A stretch of 64,000 bases of DNA from an uncultured Gammaproteobacteria bacterium (lineage in GTDB: Bacteria > Patescibacteriota > Patescibacteriia > UBA9934), in contig CAYVLY010000001.1 in NCBI GenBank assembly GCA_964452565.1, positions 291,009 through 355,008 of the forward strand, written 5' to 3'. The translations under genes and the position numbers were made by a program. Below, one piece after another: positions 37,528 through 47,527 of the stretch (positions are counted from its first letter, which is position 1; the number at the start of each line of letters is the position of its first letter). The notes beneath the pieces are model-generated. The model searched no databases and was not told the DNA's origin. It worked only from the letters and a program-made list of their open reading frames with translations.

Positions 37528-39693
37528 ATGCTCTCAATCAAATCTTCTACAGAAATCCTAAATCCTAAATCAGAAAAGGCTCATATTTCGAGCACACTGA
37601 TTCCTCTTCCAGATAAAAAAGGCTCTATCTTTGGCCTTATTCGGTTTTTAGGCAAGACAGACCCAACAAGAGAACTTATTTCAGAGGCCATTCATGAACG
37701 ACTGGTGCGATTTAAAGATACTCTTGAGGGAGATGTGCACATAGCTCGCCGTTTCGAACAACTATTGCAAGCACTCAACGAGGACATTGCACACATTATT
37801 TCTGAACAAAAAAGGCTGCCGCTTTCTGATGCCCACATTGTCATAGGTGTTGTTTTCGAAAATAAGGTTTTCATTAGTGGCCTTGGAAATCTTTCAGCAC
37901 TCTTCATGCATCGCACCGCGCAACAGCGCTATGTGATCTATGAACTATCTGACCAGTTCAAAGACAAGGATGAACAAACCTGGAATAAGGTTTTTGCTAC
38001 TGTGTTGGACGGCGAGCTACACCCTGGCGATATCTTCTATGTTGCGACAAGAGTATCAGCCCGAGAAATAACTCTAGCCGAACTTCAGGACATACTCACA
38101 ACTCTTCCAGCTTCTGGATCACTCAAACGCATACAACAATACCTAAATCGAGACACAGTCTATGGTGGCATCTGTTTTCAAATATCAGATAGACCAGAAC
38201 AAGGGCCTCCGAAAAAGGTCAACCCAATGCATTCAATGGAGCATCTTGATGAAACTCATGACAAGACATCAACACTACTTGGAGACCAAGCCCCAGATGT
38301 AGGTGGCTTTGTATCAAAACTAACAGCACCTCTCATCAAAAAGCTATCAGCGCCTGGAACGCGTGGGTACAAGAGCCTAGCTAAAAGAGTTGCAAAGGTT
38401 ATCCTGCAAATATTGACTATTCTGATTGCTTGGTTCATAAGAATCATTGGCTTTATCCTTAAATATGCAATCATCGGGCTACACAAGCTACCTTCCCTCA
38501 TTCGCAGAGGGAAACATGTTGTGAAAGAGCAGCCTCATCCAAAAGAAAGGATTAATGCTGGAATAGATTGGTTTAATAAACTCCCAGCATTTACAAAATA
38601 TGCAGGTCTAACAATAGCTGTACTGGTGATTATCTTTGTAACAACTATAACCATATCAAATCGACATCAAGCTAAACAGGAACAGGAAGAAACATTCAAT
38701 ACGATTGTCTCTCATATTGAAGAAAAGGTGAGTGCCTCGCAAGCAAGCTTAATATATGACGATGAGGAGCAAGCACGCCTTCACTTGCAAGAAGCAACAG
38801 CGCTTCTTGAAACACTTGATGCAAGTAGTCGGTCACAAGAAAGTACAACAGATGAACTTCGCGAGCGACTACAGGAAGTGCTTTATGGCATACAAAAAAT
38901 AACTCCTGTCGAACTTACAACAATGGCGGTGATTGAGGATACTGACATGGTCAGTTCAACTCAGGTTGGTGATACAATGTATTCGATAGATTCGGAAAAC
39001 AATCTTTATAGACTGAATTCACTTGAATCAAGTTGGCAGTTAATTGAAACTAGTTCGGGAACGATTGGAAGTATTGAACACATAACTTATACAGAAGATG
39101 GGGATATACTTTTTGTTGATTCTGATCAGCAGCTTGGTCGACTCTCTATCGATAGCTCAACCCTAAATCCTATTGTAAGCGGTATCAATGAACTATTAAG
39201 TGTTGAGGATCTTATTGAATACAATGAGAGCATTTATGTACTTTCAGCTTCTGGTGAGCAAATCATCAAGATGCGCGAACGTGGAGATGGGTATGAGGCT
39301 GGAACACCATGGATAAGCTCAACAGACGCAGACACTGATCTAAGCAATGCAAGAGCTATCGCGATTGATGGAAATGTATATATACTGGCAGACAACAATA
39401 TCCTAAGTTTCCTTTCTGGAAGGCAGCAAGGCTTTGAACTTGATTCAATCTCGCCAGTACTAAATGATCCGATCGACATCTGGACTCATCCAGATGGAGA
39501 ATACATATATATTCTTGAACCAGCAGAATCCCGTATTATTGTAGTTGATAAAGAAGGGGCCCTTGTTTCGCAATACACAAACAGCTTAATTGAAACAGCG
39601 CACTCAATGATTGTGCAGGAGGAAAATAACTCGATTATCATAGTATCAGGCAATGCCGCCTATACCTTTGCAGCTGAGCACTTGCTGCAATAA
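37528..39693 (+). CDS. large hypothetical protein with a central TM segment and a C-terminal beta-rich (propeller-like) domain
   Basis: 721-aa ORF; TM helices around residues 290-370. Confidence 0.5.
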   Translation: MLSIKSSTEILNPKSEKAHISSTLIPLPDKKGSIFGLIRFLGKTDPTRELISEAIHERLVRFKDTLEGDVHIARRFEQLLQALNEDIAHIISEQKRLPLSDAHIVIGVVFENKVFISGLGNLSALFMHRTAQQRYVIYELSDQFKDKDEQTWNKVFATVLDGELHPGDIFYVATRVSAREITLAELQDILTTLPASGSLKRIQQYLNRDTVYGGICFQISDRPEQGPPKKVNPMHSMEHLDETHDKTSTLLGDQAPDVGGFVSKLTAPLIKKLSAPGTRGYKSLAKRVAKVILQILTILIAWFIRIIGFILKYAIIGLHKLPSLIRRGKHVVKEQPHPKERINAGIDWFNKLPAFTKYAGLTIAVLVIIFVTTITISNRHQAKQEQEETFNTIVSHIEEKVSASQASLIYDDEEQARLHLQEATALLETLDASSRSQESTTDELRERLQEVLYGIQKITPVELTTMAVIEDTDMVSSTQVGDTMYSIDSENNLYRLNSLESSWQLIETSSGTIGSIEHITYTEDGDILFVDSDQQLGRLSIDSSTLNPIVSGINELLSVEDLIEYNESIYVLSASGEQIIKMRERGDGYEAGTPWISSTDADTDLSNARAIAIDGNVYILADNNILSFLSGRQQGFELDSISPVLNDPIDIWTHPDGEYIYILEPAESRIIVVDKEGALVSQYTNSLIETAHSMIVQEENNSIIIVSGNAAYTFAAEHLLQ

Positions 39694-39918
39694 CTCCCCC
39701 GGTTCTATCCATCCTGAGCGAAGTGAGCTATAAGCGAACGAAGTCGAAGGATCTCTTAAAGCTTACTTCTTGAGATCCCTCGGCTCACCTCAGGGCTCAC
39801 TCGGGATAGAATGGTGAATAATGAAACAAAATCGTTGTAATAGCGTATAATGAAGTAGTAAGCATAATACGCGCTTATACCAAAACTAACTGACGCAGAG
39901 CTTGTTGAACGTGCTCTT

Positions 39919-40446
39919 GTGTACCCATATTACTTTGGAAACATAATGCGTCGCTATGAGGCAAAACTCAAGCGATATATTTTGCGTTTGTCTAACGTTT
40001 CCCCAGAAACTGCTGATGATATTCTTCAAGAGGTTTTCATTAAGACCTACACGAATTTACAAAGCTTTGATCCGTACTTGAGCTTCAACTCCTGGGTCTA
40101 TCGAATAACACGCAATGAGGTAATCAGCCACTATAGAAAACAAAAACGCCGCCCACAAGGTCATACGATTGACATTGAACAACGCATACTTGAAAACATT
40201 CGATCAGAACTCAACGTCGAGTCTGAGATCGACGTATCACTGCAGGCCGATCAGGTCGCTGAGGTAATCAACACTCTTCCGGATAAATACCGCGAGGCTA
40301 TGATTCTACGATTCCTTGAAGAAAAAAGTTATAAAGAAATTTCTGATATTTTACGAAAACCAGTAGGAACAGTATCTACTCTTCTAAATCGCGCCAAGAA
40401 AAAATGTTTAGAGAACATTGAACAAAGCTATGAAAAAGCAAAGTAA
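39919..40446 (+). CDS. ECF RNA polymerase sigma factor
   Basis: Region 2 DDILQEVFIKTYTNLQSFDP...SWVYRITRNEVISHYRK and region 4 ...KEISDILRKPVGTVSTLLNRAKKK. Confidence 0.85.
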   Translation: MYPYYFGNIMRRYEAKLKRYILRLSNVSPETADDILQEVFIKTYTNLQSFDPYLSFNSWVYRITRNEVISHYRKQKRRPQGHTIDIEQRILENIRSELNVESEIDVSLQADQVAEVINTLPDKYREAMILRFLEEKSYKEISDILRKPVGTVSTLLNRAKKKCLENIEQSYEKAK

Positions 40447-41137
40447 GCCAACTCAAGAGGTTCTTGAGCAAATCAAGAAAAAAGAGCTGCAGGTTAAACC
40501 AAGGTGGCACTTCACACTCAAGCGAATACTTCGTTGGAGTCTTATTGCGCTTCTCTCCATTTTTGCAGCATTAAACTTCTCAATCGCATACTTCTTCTTC
40601 ACATCTGAATCAATGCCAATGTTTAAGGAGCTGGACATCGGAACGTGGAAGTACTTATTGCTTATAATGCCAACGATCTGGCTCATAATCTTTGCAGTAC
40701 TTATCGTAGTGGCCTATAAACAGTTCCATGCAACAAAGCATGGTTATCGATATCAATTCTGGGCTGTGATTGCGGTTCTTTTCTTCCTAACATTGATTCC
40801 TGGAATTGGACTCAGCCGTGCGGGCTTTGCCTTCAAGACATACGACTTTGCACGAGAGCATATCCCAGGATATGAAAGTATTGATATGCATGGCCTGTTC
40901 TGGGACAGACCGGATAGTGGATTCTTAACCGGACGCATAGCAACACTAGAGGATCAGACTCGATTCGAGCTACGCTATCATGGTGAGAGTTGGCAGATTA
41001 ATGCATCGAACGCAGAACTTATCGAAACCGATAAATTGCTGGAGGGTGACCATGTGCGTCTACATGGTGAGCTTCAAGGTGATGATCATTTTATTGCAGA
41101 CGCTATTCTATTGCTGAACCCACGATTTGCTCGTTAG
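40418..41137 (+). CDS. putative anti-sigma factor (membrane protein), co-transcribed with and overlapping the ECF sigma gene
   Basis: Overlaps the sigma gene by 29 bp; cytoplasmic N-terminus, 3-4 TM helices, extracytoplasmic C-terminal domain. Confidence 0.5.
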   Translation: MNKAMKKQSKPTQEVLEQIKKKELQVKPRWHFTLKRILRWSLIALLSIFAALNFSIAYFFFTSESMPMFKELDIGTWKYLLLIMPTIWLIIFAVLIVVAYKQFHATKHGYRYQFWAVIAVLFFLTLIPGIGLSRAGFAFKTYDFAREHIPGYESIDMHGLFWDRPDSGFLTGRIATLEDQTRFELRYHGESWQINASNAELIETDKLLEGDHVRLHGELQGDDHFIADAILLLNPRFAR

Positions 41138-41203
41138 TGAAACAAAGATTGGTTGGGCGGCGTATAAATATACAGAAGCGCTTCCTTACTAATAAAACAC
41201 ACT

Positions 41204-41650
41204 ATGACAAAGGGTAAAGCAAAGAAAAACAAACTAAGTAAAGCAGTGATGATTCCTCTTCTAGGAGCTGTTGGGCTAGTTGGCGCAGTGTCAATTGCAT
41301 ACGCATGTGATGATGCAGAAGCAACACAGGCTGCAAACCAGGAAGATCAGTCAAAGGCTCATGAGCACGAAGGTGAGAGAGAGGCTAATCAGGCTAACCG
41401 AATGCGACAAGGTGAAAACAGTCAGCGTCGTGAGCCTGCAGCAGGTCATCGAGCACTATTTGAAGGTCACGCTAATGAGATGAAGGCTATAATGGAAAGT
41501 GGAGACTTTGATGCGTTTATCGCACTAATCTCTGAGAACCTTCCAGAAGATGTTGAGCTAACTGATGAGCGACTTGAGCGAATGGAATCACATTTCTCTG
41601 ACATGTCAGAACGATTCCAAAGCGGAGAGTTCTCAAAGTCAAAGAAATAA
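41204..41650 (+). CDS. small secreted hypothetical protein
   Basis: Signal peptide MIPLLGAVGLVGAVSIAYACDD. Confidence 0.5.
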   Translation: MTKGKAKKNKLSKAVMIPLLGAVGLVGAVSIAYACDDAEATQAANQEDQSKAHEHEGEREANQANRMRQGENSQRREPAAGHRALFEGHANEMKAIMESGDFDAFIALISENLPEDVELTDERLERMESHFSDMSERFQSGEFSKSKK

Positions 41651-41678
41651 AAGGCCAAACAAACTGCCATAGAAAAAA

Positions 41679-41716
41679 CCACCCTGAGCGTAGTCGAAGG
41701 GTGGTTTTTATTTTTA
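41679..41716 (+). terminator. rho-independent terminator (accaccct...agggtggt hairpin plus T-run)
   Basis: accaccctgagcgtagtcgaagggtggtttttatttttat. Confidence 0.7.
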
Positions 41717-41720
41717 TCAA

Positions 41721-42335
41721 TTATGAAATCTCGCGGTATGCCTTTGTTGTTGCGATCATTGCTGCTGGAACAGAGAACAGTGCTCCAACATACAAACAGA
41801 TAAATCCAAGGAAACTTACAACACCAGTTGTAAGGTGTAGCCCCAGAACATCCCACTTCAAGCCCATTGTCATTTCAGAACTCTTCTTCATCGCCTCAAT
41901 TGGCCCCATCTTTTTATCTACCACTAACATTGGAGCAAAGTAGTACTTAAGCATCCAAATCACTCCAGGAAAAACCAAAAGCATAAATCCGACATACACT
42001 ACTATTCCGTATATGATCATAACTGCTAAGTACTTGAAGAACACGTCCCACTCTGTGAACAGTGTTGCAAGTGACGGTCTCTTGCCATCTGTTGCATCAA
42101 GCATAATTTTAATAAACCCAATACCCATAATTGTCCCAAGGGCAATGTATATCAAAAATATCAATAAACTCAGATACCAATAATCTTGAGGTATAAAAGC
42201 AGCCAAGATTGCAGGAACAATACTAGCGCCAATCATGACTAGGAACATGAGGACAAAGAACCCCATGTGCTCCTTCATCTTTTCCCAACCAAAATGGATG
42301 ACAGCGCCATCACTAAAAGTCTTTTTACTTAACAT
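41721..42335 (-). CDS. hypothetical integral membrane protein (5-6 TM)
   Basis: Hydrophobic throughout. Confidence 0.5.
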   Translation of the reverse strand: MLSKKTFSDGAVIHFGWEKMKEHMGFFVLMFLVMIGASIVPAILAAFIPQDYWYLSLLIFLIYIALGTIMGIGFIKIMLDATDGKRPSLATLFTEWDVFFKYLAVMIIYGIVVYVGFMLLVFPGVIWMLKYYFAPMLVVDKKMGPIEAMKKSSEMTMGLKWDVLGLHLTTGVVSFLGFICLYVGALFSVPAAMIATTKAYREIS

Positions 42336-42458
42336 AATCTAAGTGATTAAAGGTTATTAAAAGTGATTAGAGGTGGTTAGAGGTGATAAGAAATAATTCA
42401 AAGACTACTTAAACCCTTTTATCACTTCTCATAACCTCTTTTACCTTTATCACCTCCA

Positions 42459-44873
42459 TTATAACGAATCATCAACAGATTCTGCAGAGCTCTTGTGGAC
42501 GTCAATATCATAGTCATCTGCGTCATTGATATCTGATCCAAGGGTATAGTTTGAATAGAACGCATCAGATATGTCATCGATCTTGGTATTCCAGTCCTCA
42601 CCATAAAGCTCCGCCGCAATCTCCTCAGTTGCAATTGCATGCAGCACCCCACCCAAGCTTACAGCATAAACAGTATCAACGGTCTGGAACTTCACCATCT
42701 TCTGTCCCGGTCGGTATGTAATATTTGACCCAAGACTTATCTCTGACATCACCTGTGTTGTTACAAATGCAATATCATCAAAGTCATCAAACCATGTGAA
42801 GTATACTTTTTCATTTGGAAACGCGTGTCTGACCCCATCTTCGCTATAGTAGTAAACAGCACGACACGGAGCGTTTATATCTACTTCTGAGTCCCCGCAT
42901 GAAGTTTTAATCAAGATGCTGGTATCAAGATCGTCAATATTAGATACGATCGTAGCCCCAGTCTCAGGCGCGATTGTTGGCTCATCGGTTACTGTAACCG
43001 GCGTTGGCGTCTCTTCAGATGATGTAGAAGTAACGGTTATAGTGAATTCCCCACTGGATCCAGTATTTCCTGCAATATCTGTACATCGAATCTCTGCAGT
43101 ATAAGTACCTGCTTGAGAATACGTCTTTGAATATGTCGCAGTCCCATCTGCCGCCCCCCAGCCTGCCGAAATAGTTGTTGGTGCAACAAATTCACCATCC
43201 TCATAAAATCGGCACTGCGCTACGTAACCCTCGTCATAATATGAAACCTCCATGGAAACCTCGGTTCCCTCTGTAACTGATATATCTCCAAGAGATCCAA
43301 CTGTTGGCGATGTTATATCACCCGGCCCCTCACCCTCATAACTGATTGTTAACTCAATTGTTTCTCCTGTTGTTGAATTACCTGCCCTGTCCTCGCATGT
43401 TGCATAAAGGTACAATGTATCGCCCCACATTGTAATCATGTCTTTTGAAAAGTATGTGCCATTGTCAGTCATCTCCATGTCAGATGTTGTTTCATAAGTC
43501 GGGTCATAAACATACATTGTGCACGTTTCAACCTCATTATTGTCTGACACGTACGTCTTGTATTCATTTGCCCCACTTTCAACACTTGTTGGAGAGATCT
43601 CAGAGACAACTGGCGCCTCTGTATCAATAACAAAAACAAGCGACGACACTTCACTCACGTTTCCCTCCGAATCAACAGCTCGAAGATATGCGGTGTGAGA
43701 TTCTTCAGAAAGATCTGATTCAACTGTGTACGATGTGACATTTCCGATGTTTGTGTAATCGTCATCATCAATCTTAATCTCGTAATAACTCACATCGTCA
43801 TCTGAATCAACTGCTGCATCCCAGCCAAGTTCTGGGGTTAGATCACTTGTTGCCTCACGACCGCTGCTGAGCGCCAAGTTCGCAGGTGCCTCTGGATTCT
43901 CATTTGAATCACTCATGAGCTTTATTGATCCAGCTGATCCAACAAGAAAAGCAGCTTCAGTTGATGGATAGTACACGCCATAATATGTCTCCAAAGCATC
44001 AACTCCAGCATCTTCCCAGGTCTCACCTCCATCCTCAGTAATCAAAACCTCCAAAAAGAATGTTGTTAAAATCCCATTATCCTCATCTGCAAATGAGATG
44101 TCACTAATAATGTCTGCTGGATCAATCAAATCAGTCACGCCAATATCCTCCCAGTTTGTACCGCCATCCTCGGTCCGTAAAAGTGTAGCGTTGTCTCCAC
44201 CAGCCCATGCAATATCAGTGTTATCCTCAATCACATGAACTGTATAGAGATATTCTGATGTGCCTGAAGTTTGGATTTCCCACTCTTCTCCACCAACATC
44301 TGTATACAGAATCACACCAGAAGCACCCACAGCCCAACCAGTCAATGACTGTACTATATCGATTGAATGCAGCGTTGTGCTTACTCCACTTTCTTGCTCA
44401 TCCCAAAACTCGCCATCGCTATCTGAGTATTCGATAATACCGCCAGTTCCTACAACCCAACCAAACGTCCCAGTGCTCTCATCAAAATCAATATCATAAT
44501 AAGTTGTCGCGGTGCCAGGTGAATAGTCTAGCCAGGAATCACCATAGTCCTCTGTCCAAATAATAGTTGAATCTTCACCACAAACAAATGTGCCGCCATT
44601 TGTCACAGAAACTCCATGATAGTCTATTGAGCTTTCTGTGACGTTAAACCAGTTCTGGCCGTAATCCGATGAGTATGTGACTGCTCCGTTCTGACCTACT
44701 GCAAAGATTACTTCATCATTGATACCATCAACAGCGTTTAAGTCTTCAGTCATCACAGAATCTGCATCTTCCCAAGTTATTGTTCTGGCGATAACAAAAA
44801 ACGGCGCAAAGGCTACAAAGAATATAAAAGCAAAAATTGTTAATGTATGAAACACTCTTTTTGTCATAGGCAT
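42459..44873 (-). CDS. large secreted BNR/Asp-box-type repeat protein, paralog of 31093..33144 with the same conserved C-terminal domain
   Basis: N-terminal signal/TM; repeated xxDxGxxW boxes (DYGQNWF, DYGDSWL, TEDGGTNWE, EDGGETWE); C-terminal roughly 170 aa about 65% identical to the paralog. Confidence 0.7.
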   Translation of the reverse strand: MPMTKRVFHTLTIFAFIFFVAFAPFFVIARTITWEDADSVMTEDLNAVDGINDEVIFAVGQNGAVTYSSDYGQNWFNVTESSIDYHGVSVTNGGTFVCGEDSTIIWTEDYGDSWLDYSPGTATTYYDIDFDESTGTFGWVVGTGGIIEYSDSDGEFWDEQESGVSTTLHSIDIVQSLTGWAVGASGVILYTDVGGEEWEIQTSGTSEYLYTVHVIEDNTDIAWAGGDNATLLRTEDGGTNWEDIGVTDLIDPADIISDISFADEDNGILTTFFLEVLITEDGGETWEDAGVDALETYYGVYYPSTEAAFLVGSAGSIKLMSDSNENPEAPANLALSSGREATSDLTPELGWDAAVDSDDDVSYYEIKIDDDDYTNIGNVTSYTVESDLSEESHTAYLRAVDSEGNVSEVSSLVFVIDTEAPVVSEISPTSVESGANEYKTYVSDNNEVETCTMYVYDPTYETTSDMEMTDNGTYFSKDMITMWGDTLYLYATCEDRAGNSTTGETIELTISYEGEGPGDITSPTVGSLGDISVTEGTEVSMEVSYYDEGYVAQCRFYEDGEFVAPTTISAGWGAADGTATYSKTYSQAGTYTAEIRCTDIAGNTGSSGEFTITVTSTSSEETPTPVTVTDEPTIAPETGATIVSNIDDLDTSILIKTSCGDSEVDINAPCRAVYYYSEDGVRHAFPNEKVYFTWFDDFDDIAFVTTQVMSEISLGSNITYRPGQKMVKFQTVDTVYAVSLGGVLHAIATEEIAAELYGEDWNTKIDDISDAFYSNYTLGSDINDADDYDIDVHKSSAESVDDSL

Positions 44874-45613
44874 AGATTTTTATAAGTATAACTCAAAATG
44901 CACAAAGAAAAACCAAAACTGTGTATGCCCCCATCAGAAAACACTTGGAATCGAGGTCAGTTTGGACGCATGGGAAGGTGGCGCCGGAGCCGTACTAGAA
45001 TGTACGGTGACTAGCCAGCAGGGACCCATAAGTTCAAAATGGTCCGATTCCAAATGTTTTCATCAAAACAAAAACCTGTGCACTCTTGGATACACAGATC
45101 TTCATTGGGATCACGAGAGGAAAAGATCGGGCTTGCAATGAATCGCACACCGTTGCCAAGAGACAGCCGCGGACTCTCACCGCGTTCCAGAACTCATCCC
45201 GTCAAACGGGACTCGTGACAACGGTATTTACTCATAGTTCGATCAAATTGTCAACAGCAGCAAGCTCTCACCCACACCACGGATGCTTAAACTTGAATTC
45301 GGTCCCCAGCCAATTTTTCCCAGCTAATCTTTACCTCGGGCCTGTCACGAGCACATTCATGCTTACCCCCGGGCAGAAAGATGGAATAGCATTTTGATAT
45401 CCAATTTCTCCTTAGATAAAAATTGGATCTCCAAAATGCCCGTTCGTATGCCTGAGGTATACCTGGACGAGCGCAGTATGGGCCAACACCCTTTCTTTCC
45501 CCGGTTTCTTTGGGTGAACAAAGAAACCGGGTCTGGGGGTCCAGGGGGACGAAGTGCCCCCGGGTGCAACCTGGCTTCGAGAGATCCCTCGGCTACGCTC
45601 GGGATGGATAAGG
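44874..45613. other. 740-bp gene-free region with elevated GC and many local hairpins: candidate structured RNA (identity unresolved) plus a terminal long palindromic repeat
   Basis: No ORF with coding character; GC clearly above the neighbouring genes. A gaaaagatcgggcttgc stretch loosely resembles the RNase P P4 strand, but the other RNase P motifs are not found. Confidence 0.3.
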
Positions 45614-46042
45614 CTACTTGGGCACCCACCAGTATCTCAACATTTTCTTACATTCTTTTTCGAACTTGTCAGGATCTAAACCAAACTCCTTAGCCACTGC
45701 ATGTAACTTATGCTTTTTTCTTGGATTACGCACAATGCGAACATCACTAGCTGGATCAACTTTTTTAGCTACCCGGCGGAAAAACAGCCAACGCACTGTG
45801 TACTTCACGAACATATAAATTGAGCCCCAAACAAACTTCCACATCGAATAAGGAAACGCAATTTTATACCCAGACCACTTTGCCCGTGTGCATGTATAGA
45901 CTACATCTGAGAGCTCGGCCCACAGATCAAAAAATCCACTTGCTTCTTCATACTCTTTTACTTCGTCAGCAAGGTCTTGCAGATGCCATTGAAGGTCGTA
46001 TTTTGGCATTCCCAACCAAGAATGCCACCATTTTATAATCAT
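45614..46042 (-). CDS. hypothetical protein (Trp-rich)
   Basis: ORF; start chosen at the internal MIIKWW to avoid overlap; no recognisable family. Confidence 0.4.
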   Translation of the reverse strand: MIIKWWHSWLGMPKYDLQWHLQDLADEVKEYEEASGFFDLWAELSDVVYTCTRAKWSGYKIAFPYSMWKFVWGSIYMFVKYTVRWLFFRRVAKKVDPASDVRIVRNPRKKHKLHAVAKEFGLDPDKFEKECKKMLRYWWVPK

Positions 46043-46827
46043 AATAATTTTGTTTGAATACCAGCGCGTTTTTGAAGCTCTTGACCCGCTGACTGACGAT
46101 ACACGCAATAATCGCAATCTGAATCAGCATCTGGAATCCCATCATTATCTAGACAATCCTTAGCGCTCAACAGAGTCGGCTCAACCCATCCATCATCACC
46201 CTTATAATCAAACACCTCAACATCAAACTCTAACTTGCCATCAAAGGCTGCACGATCGGTCCGCCCATTGCAATACACAAAATAACCAACATCACTTACC
46301 TTGAATCCATTTCGTCGAAGCAACCATTGATAAACCTCCATCTGCCGCTTGTATGATATCTGCCATGGTGCACTGATTCCGACACCGGATTCTTTTGCTG
46401 TTGCTTTGTAGTCAACCACGATCAACTCTTCTTCCGGATTGACCCAAATATCATCTACTGCTCCTGTTACGATAAAGTTAGACGACTCGTGATGGAACTG
46501 CACACCTTTAAAGTTCTCGCGCCATTCATCCATCATCTCATGTCTGTATGGCACAGCATCAATCTTATACTGCTTCATTAAAGGATGTGTTGCCTGATCT
46601 GCACGGTGCATATCAAACTCTTTTTTCAAAAGTGTATCAACTGCCGTGTTGAGATTAAATGGAAATCCAGGTGGTCGCCCAACGCCTAAGCGGCGATCTA
46701 AATAAAAACACCGCGGACAGGCAAAGAAAAGATCAATCTTTGATCGACTTAACCTAAACGGTGTCTTTGACTTTGGATTATATAAATTCCGTGTTCGTTT
46801 GGGGTTGTACCATTGGCTCATACTCAC
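46039..46827 (-). CDS. PD-(D/E)XK nuclease with N- and C-terminal Cys clusters (Cas4-like / RecB-family fold), standalone
   Basis: N-terminal CPRC, core ...LIVVDYKAT... (D-x-K), C-terminal C-x12-C-x2-C (CLDNDGIPDADSDCDYC). No CRISPR array or cas genes nearby. Confidence 0.5.
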   Translation of the reverse strand: MSMSQWYNPKRTRNLYNPKSKTPFRLSRSKIDLFFACPRCFYLDRRLGVGRPPGFPFNLNTAVDTLLKKEFDMHRADQATHPLMKQYKIDAVPYRHEMMDEWRENFKGVQFHHESSNFIVTGAVDDIWVNPEEELIVVDYKATAKESGVGISAPWQISYKRQMEVYQWLLRRNGFKVSDVGYFVYCNGRTDRAAFDGKLEFDVEVFDYKGDDGWVEPTLLSAKDCLDNDGIPDADSDCDYCVYRQSAGQELQKRAGIQTKLL

Positions 46828-47279
46828 CGTATTCTATCATACCTCCCCATTAACACAGATTCTTCGATGATATGATCACGCATTGCGTCTTCGACTTCAG
46901 TTTTCGATACTCCGGCCGGTAGATCAAGCTCAGCATCAAGCGCGTAAAGCTTGAAATAATATCTGTGTTCACGGTCTGGTGGGCACGGGCCTTGATAAAC
47001 CGGTTCACCGCTTGTATTCACTCCTTGAACACTCTGAGGAACTGATCCTTCGAGAATGTCTGTTGTACTTATCTGAACATTGAAAAGCACCCAATGGTCC
47101 CACATACCATCTGGTCTGATGTGCTTTGGAACGTCTGGGTCATCCATAAGAAGAACAAGGCTCTGAGCTCCTTCAGGCACGTCTTCGATATGCAACGGTG
47201 GGCTTATATTTTGACCATCACAAGTATACTTTGATGGAATTGCGCCTTCATGCTCAAAGGCCGGACTAGTTAGTTTCAT
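46824..47279 (-). CDS. YbhB/YbcL-family PEBP (Raf kinase inhibitor-like) protein
   Basis: Hallmark ...HRYYFKLYALD... and DPD.P motifs. Confidence 0.8.
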   Translation of the reverse strand: MKLTSPAFEHEGAIPSKYTCDGQNISPPLHIEDVPEGAQSLVLLMDDPDVPKHIRPDGMWDHWVLFNVQISTTDILEGSVPQSVQGVNTSGEPVYQGPCPPDREHRYYFKLYALDAELDLPAGVSKTEVEDAMRDHIIEESVLMGRYDRIR

Positions 47280-47526
47280 ACCCTTCTTGTTTTAATATTC
47301 GATACTTTTGATCCTTGCTGCGGTTGTAGCCGCCAAGCTTACCATCTGATCGGATCACACGGTGGCATGGGATCGCGGGATCATAGTTCTTATTCAAAAT
47401 ATTCCCTACTGCTCGCGCCGCCTTGGGTCGTCCAGCTTTGATCGCAACCTGCTTATATGTCATCACATCACCCTTGGGAATCTTTCGAACTATGTCGTAG
47501 ACCTTCTGAGCAAAGTTAGAGGACAT
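47266..47526 (-). CDS. methylated-DNA-protein-cysteine methyltransferase, DNA-binding domain (MGMT/Ogt)
   Basis: Active site PCHRVI; helix-turn-helix YKQVAIKAGRPKAARAVGN; start chosen at MSSNF (ORF-track start 47571). Confidence 0.75.
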   Translation of the reverse strand: MSSNFAQKVYDIVRKIPKGDVMTYKQVAIKAGRPKAARAVGNILNKNYDPAIPCHRVIRSDGKLGGYNRSKDQKYRILKQEGYETN

Positions 47527-47527
47527 A

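Noticed and set aside
44874-45613. Calling RNase P RNA or tmRNA
   Set aside because: Only a weak P4-like stretch was found. GGAAAGUCCGGGCUCC, AGGGCA and ACAGAA.CCGGCUUA were not found, and there was no tRNA-like T-arm or plausible tag ORF for tmRNA. It is left as an unassigned candidate RNA.
45086-45693. Plus-strand ORFs of 99-103 aa in the 44.9-45.6 kb gap
   Set aside because: Low-complexity, no RBS, inconsistent with neighbouring gene density; the region looks non-coding.
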